From: Deltaproteobacteria bacterium
Lineage (GTDB): Bacteria; Desulfobacterota_D; UBA1144; Nemesobacterales; CSP1-2
Direction: 5' to 3'
Assembly (NCBI GenBank): GCA_052390235.1
Contig: JBQTHB010000002.1
Span: 32,001-96,000 of the forward strand
Length of the DNA stretch: 64,000 bases
Positions within the stretch are counted from its first letter, which is position 1. The number at the start of each line of letters is the position of its first letter. Shown here piece after piece: positions 60,251 to 64,000 of the stretch. A program made the position numbers and the translations under genes. Under the pieces are notes generated by a model. It had not been told where the DNA came from and did not search any database. It saw nothing but the letters and a program-made list of their open reading frames with translations.

Positions 60251-61162
60251 ATGGGACTTAATATGAGCTATATCGGCTATGAATCCGAGCCTTACACCTA
60301 TAAAGTGAGCGAAGATGCGATTTCCAGATACGCATGGGCTATTGGGGCGCGCAATTTGGCTTATTATCATCACAATGGCTATATGCCAAAGCTCCCGCTT
60401 GTGGGGATGGCTCCTCCTACCTTTTCGGTGTCTCACGAAATATTGCTTACCGAGAAGCTCTGGTGCGACCCCGGTCTTCACGGCGGCGAGAGGGAAGCCG
60501 CTCATAATGTCCTAATGCTCGTTCACGGCGACCACGATATGCGCTTCCATAAACCAATCAAAGCCGGGGACGTTCTCACCTGCAAGGCTAAGGTAAAAAG
60601 CATCGAGGATAAAGGAAGCGGCGTCGTCCTAGTCGTCAGTGCTACCACTACTGACGATACAGGCGAGATGGTCGTAGAGTCCGATTGGGGGCTTTTTATC
60701 AGAGGCATCGGAAGCGGGCAGAAACCCTCAGGGGATAGAAAAGAGACGAAAAAAGAGCCGTCTGCCCCCGTTGAACCCCCTCAGCCAATATTCAGAAGAA
60801 TCGTCAGAGTCCCCAAAGACATCACCTACAAATACGCCGAAGCCTCGAACGACAGAAACCCCATACACGTAAATGAGCAGGTAGCCGCCGCCGCCGGTCT
60901 CAAGGGCATAATTGTTCATGGGCTTTGCACGCTTTCGATTTCAATGAGGGGAATCATAAGCTGTTATCTCGATGGAGACCCCCTGAGACTCAAGAGAATC
61001 TCCTGCAGATTCACAAGCCCGGTCTATCCCGGAGATACGCTAATCGTGGATGGCTTTGAATCCCCGGACAGAAACGGGAGAAAGTCCATAGGCTTCGAGG
61101 TTACGCGCAAAGAGGACGGCGTCAAGGTCATCAAAGGCGGACTCGCCGAGGCTGAGTTCTAG
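60251..61162 (+). CDS. Double hot-dog MaoC-family dehydratase
   Basis: LVHGDH; YAEASNDRNPIH; IVHGLCT; RFTSPVYPGD. Confidence 0.85.
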   Translation: MGLNMSYIGYESEPYTYKVSEDAISRYAWAIGARNLAYYHHNGYMPKLPLVGMAPPTFSVSHEILLTEKLWCDPGLHGGEREAAHNVLMLVHGDHDMRFHKPIKAGDVLTCKAKVKSIEDKGSGVVLVVSATTTDDTGEMVVESDWGLFIRGIGSGQKPSGDRKETKKEPSAPVEPPQPIFRRIVRVPKDITYKYAEASNDRNPIHVNEQVAAAAGLKGIIVHGLCTLSISMRGIISCYLDGDPLRLKRISCRFTSPVYPGDTLIVDGFESPDRNGRKSIGFEVTRKEDGVKVIKGGLAEAEF

Positions 61163-61252
61163 TCGGGGGGATTTTTCCCCTCTGATTCCGGTCTTCCCGC
61201 GCCCGTTTGACCATATTGGCGGGCAACTCGTCCGCCGCTTGGGCTGATTTTA

Positions 61253-62965
61253 TTAGCCCCCGCTGTAGTCCATCTCAAATCCCCCGCCGCCCTCGGGATT
61301 TTGTTCCCCCGCCAATGCGTCATCGCTTCGCGCCGGGGCTTGCCGCTCGATTTCCTCTTCTAGCCTTGCAAGAAATTCATCGAGAGTTTTCCTGTCCAAT
61401 GCCGAGATGAGCGGGGCGTTGTAAATTCGCTGAAGCCTCGCGCCCGCGCCCGCCGCCGCCTCATCGGATTTATTAAACACGAGAAACCTTGGGGTCTGCC
61501 CGTAGCCCGCATCATCGAGTATCTTCTCAACGGAGTCTATTCTCTCCCCCACGTTTTCATCTCCCGCATTGGCGATGTGGACGAGTACCGTGGATTTGCC
61601 CAGTTCTTCGAGCGTCGCGCGGAAGGCGTTGACCAGTTCCTTGGGAAGCTCTCTGATGAATCCTACGGTGTCGGTGATGAGGACGGCTCTCCCTCTGGGC
61701 AGTAGGATTTTCCTCGTGGTCGGGCTGAGCGTTGAAAACAGCTTATTCTCGGCGATGACCTTCCCCCTGGTGAGCGCGTTAAATAGCGTGGATTTGCCGA
61801 CGTTCGTATATCCGATGAGGGTAACGACGGGGATTTGGGCTTCGACTCTGCGCTTTCTGGTATGCTCGCGCCGCCTGCTTATCTGCCCGATTTGCTTCTC
61901 AAGGGTCTCAATCCGCTTTCTGAGGGTGCGTCTCTGCTCTTCGAGTTTCTTCTCCCCTGGTCCGCGTGTGCCGATGCCGCCTCCGAGCTGCGATAGCTCA
62001 GCCCCTTTTCCCGTGAGCCGGGGGAGCATATATCGGAGCTGCGCAAGCTCGACTTGAATCTTCCCCTCGCTCGTTGCGGCGCGCTTGGCGAATATCTGCA
62101 GAATTAGCTGAGTCCTGTCAACCACCCTGAGGTTCGTCTCATCCGTTATGCCGCGCACCTGCGCCGGGGTGAGTTCGGTGTCGAAAATAAGTGTTTCCGC
62201 GCCGACTTGCTTCGCCTTGAGTATCACCTCTTCGAGCTTCCCTTTGCCAATTAAGTATCTGGGGTCGGCTTGCTTTCTCGCCTGCACGATTTTATCCAGC
62301 GCGATTTTATCCGCTGACTCCACGAGCGATTGCAATTCCGCCAGCGACTCCTCGGTTTCGGCTCTGAATCTCGTAGTGAACCCGACGAGAAACACCCCCT
62401 CTTTTTCGCTCCTCCCTCCGTACTCGAAATACCTCTTCTCCATCTCCCCTTCGATGGCTCGAATCAACTGCTCGAAGTCAACCTCAACCCTGCCGAGGTC
62501 GGGGAAATCCTCCGTGCGCCACATCTCCCCATCGGGATTCGGCGGGAGCAGGTGCGCGGTCTGAAACCTCCCCGCATCGCCTCCATCTCTCACTTCGAGG
62601 GCGGCTATTAGGTCTAGCCTCTCGTTGATGAGCGTAACGAGGTCTGGATGAGTGAGGGCGTGGGATTTTAGCTGCGTGCGGATGAGGCGGTATCCCCTGA
62701 GCCTGTATTTGGTGGCTCTGCCGCGCTCTAGGATTTCTGCAAACGGGATTTCGTGGGATTCACCGATGAAGACGCCCTCGATTTTCCCCCTGCGGTCTGC
62801 GAGGATACATACCGCTCTGCCGATGCCGTGCGAGATTTGGGACAGCGTGCGCCCAAGTTCGAGCGTGATGACCTGCTTCGGCGGGATTTTTCGGCGGTAG
62901 AGCCTTGAGAGGTCGTGAAGCTCGCTTGACTTGAGTCCTGAGGTGTTGCCGTGGATTTTATCTAT
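61253..62965 (-). CDS. hflX: GTPase HflX, long form, probable ATA start
   Basis: GYTNVGKSTL; DTVGFI; GTRGPGE; frame stays open 124 codons upstream of the track's GTG, to an ATA 7 nt after GAGGAGG. Confidence 0.9.
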   Translation of the reverse strand: MDKIHGNTSGLKSSELHDLSRLYRRKIPPKQVITLELGRTLSQISHGIGRAVCILADRRGKIEGVFIGESHEIPFAEILERGRATKYRLRGYRLIRTQLKSHALTHPDLVTLINERLDLIAALEVRDGGDAGRFQTAHLLPPNPDGEMWRTEDFPDLGRVEVDFEQLIRAIEGEMEKRYFEYGGRSEKEGVFLVGFTTRFRAETEESLAELQSLVESADKIALDKIVQARKQADPRYLIGKGKLEEVILKAKQVGAETLIFDTELTPAQVRGITDETNLRVVDRTQLILQIFAKRAATSEGKIQVELAQLRYMLPRLTGKGAELSQLGGGIGTRGPGEKKLEEQRRTLRKRIETLEKQIGQISRRREHTRKRRVEAQIPVVTLIGYTNVGKSTLFNALTRGKVIAENKLFSTLSPTTRKILLPRGRAVLITDTVGFIRELPKELVNAFRATLEELGKSTVLVHIANAGDENVGERIDSVEKILDDAGYGQTPRFLVFNKSDEAAAGAGARLQRIYNAPLISALDRKTLDEFLARLEEEIERQAPARSDDALAGEQNPEGGGGFEMDYSGG

Positions 62966-63145
62966 ATTCGCGCCTCCTCATCGGGATAAAGCGGGTTTTA
63001 CGCAGGGATATTATAGCATTTTAATGCCAGAGGCGGCAGAGCGGGGGGATTGGCTTGAAAATGATTTCTCGAAGTATTGACTTTAAATTTCTCTTAACGT
63101 AATTATTAAAAAAGCGGCTTCATTTCAGAAAATACAGAGTATTTA

Positions 63146-64000
63146 ATGTCGAAGAGTCTTAATAATTATGAGCGCGATTTTAGGAAATCAATTGAGGAAT
63201 TACCCGACAAAAAGAGCGCTGGAAACCTCTTATCTGTTATCCCCAACCATGCCGATTGGGACGATTTCCTTACAACCGTAAAAGCTGATTGGCGGACTTG
63301 GCGGAGCAATTTAGGACTATACCCAAACTGTCTCGTGGTGATTTATGGCGGTTTAGCTTTTCACGAATATGATGAAAATACATTCTGGCCACAGTTTGCC
63401 AGAGCTATCGGAACTGAGCCGTTACCTAGCAGCCAACAAAGTGAAATTAATTCCGCTTTTTCAAACGCCGCTCAAAATCTGGGATTGAAGATACTTAAAC
63501 GAAAGAGTGATACTGACTATGTTGGGTCAGCTGTTTATCACATTGGTATTCCGCTCTCGTTGTGGGATGGCTTTCTCGAAATCTGCGAATGGGCACTATG
63601 GAAAGAAGACTGGAAAAAATTAACGGATGAACAATGGACTGAAGCTGTTGGGAAACGCGCCGGTGGGAGAGTTAGGCTAAAGAGGTTTCTCACCGACAAC
63701 CGAGAGGCTACTACAGAGTTCGTTCAAGCAATGATTGATGCGCGTGTAAAACTGAGCAATGACCAGAGTCTAAAAATTAGCGATATTGCCCAGGCCAGTT
63801 TACTTCGCCCCGAGTATCTTGAAGAAGTTCCTGAAACCGCCGAGTTCCTACGCCCTCAGAATCCCGATTCCCTCTTTCAAGACCGCGCTCGACTTGTTTG
63901 GAATGACCAGAAGAGTCGTATAAGCCTTTCTTTGCCTGGAGTGGCGCGAGATAAACTGCCAGCAACTTGGAGCATTGGAGAACGTACTCAAAAAGCCGCT
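63146..64000 (+). CDS. Hypothetical protein, lower GC, truncated by the window end
   Basis: Hand translation open for 285 codons: MSKSLNNYERDF...YDENTFWPQF...YHIGIPLSLWDGF...; absent from the track because it has no stop. Confidence 0.8.
   Translation, partial: MSKSLNNYERDFRKSIEELPDKKSAGNLLSVIPNHADWDDFLTTVKADWRTWRSNLGLYPNCLVVIYGGLAFHEYDENTFWPQFARAIGTEPLPSSQQSEINSAFSNAAQNLGLKILKRKSDTDYVGSAVYHIGIPLSLWDGFLEICEWALWKEDWKKLTDEQWTEAVGKRAGGRVRLKRFLTDNREATTEFVQAMIDARVKLSNDQSLKISDIAQASLLRPEYLEEVPETAEFLRPQNPDSLFQDRARLVWNDQKSRISLSLPGVARDKLPATWSIGERTQKAA

Noticed and set aside
61253..62593. hflX as a 5'-truncated pseudogene or a GTG-started 446-aa protein
   Set aside because: The frame continues intact to an SD-preceded ATA at 62965.

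Overview
Bacterial chromosomal window, moderately GC-rich; gene content suggests a Deltaproteobacteria-like lineage (low confidence). Bases 1-39.4 kb are a + strand surface-polysaccharide locus: the 3' end of a Wzt-type ABC ATPase, acetyl-, methyl- and carbamoyltransferases, a CDP-sugar pathway, about 11 glycosyltransferases, a Wzy/ligase-like membrane protein, gmd/fcl and a priming sugar transferase. Embedded in it are (i) the nickel-pincer nucleotide (NPN) cofactor genes larE-larB-larC with no larA, near a DUF362 protein that shows a LarA-like H-x9-K...H motif, and (ii) an sxtJ/I/K/L-like carbamoylation module. The best candidate for a new system is an NPN-dependent glycan or nucleotide-sugar tailoring enzyme. 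Many intergenic spaces in the locus are filled with mosaic arrays of GTCA-tagged palindromic (REP-like) repeats. Bases 39.4-63 kb are mostly housekeeping genes (argS, ispG, Mrp, Hsp20/dnaJ, hldE, mtnP, ugd, clpB, hflX); hflX appears to start at ATA. A lower-GC ORF begins at 63146 and runs off the end. No rRNA, tRNA, CRISPR array or transposase was recognised. All family calls come from recalled motifs, not database searches.
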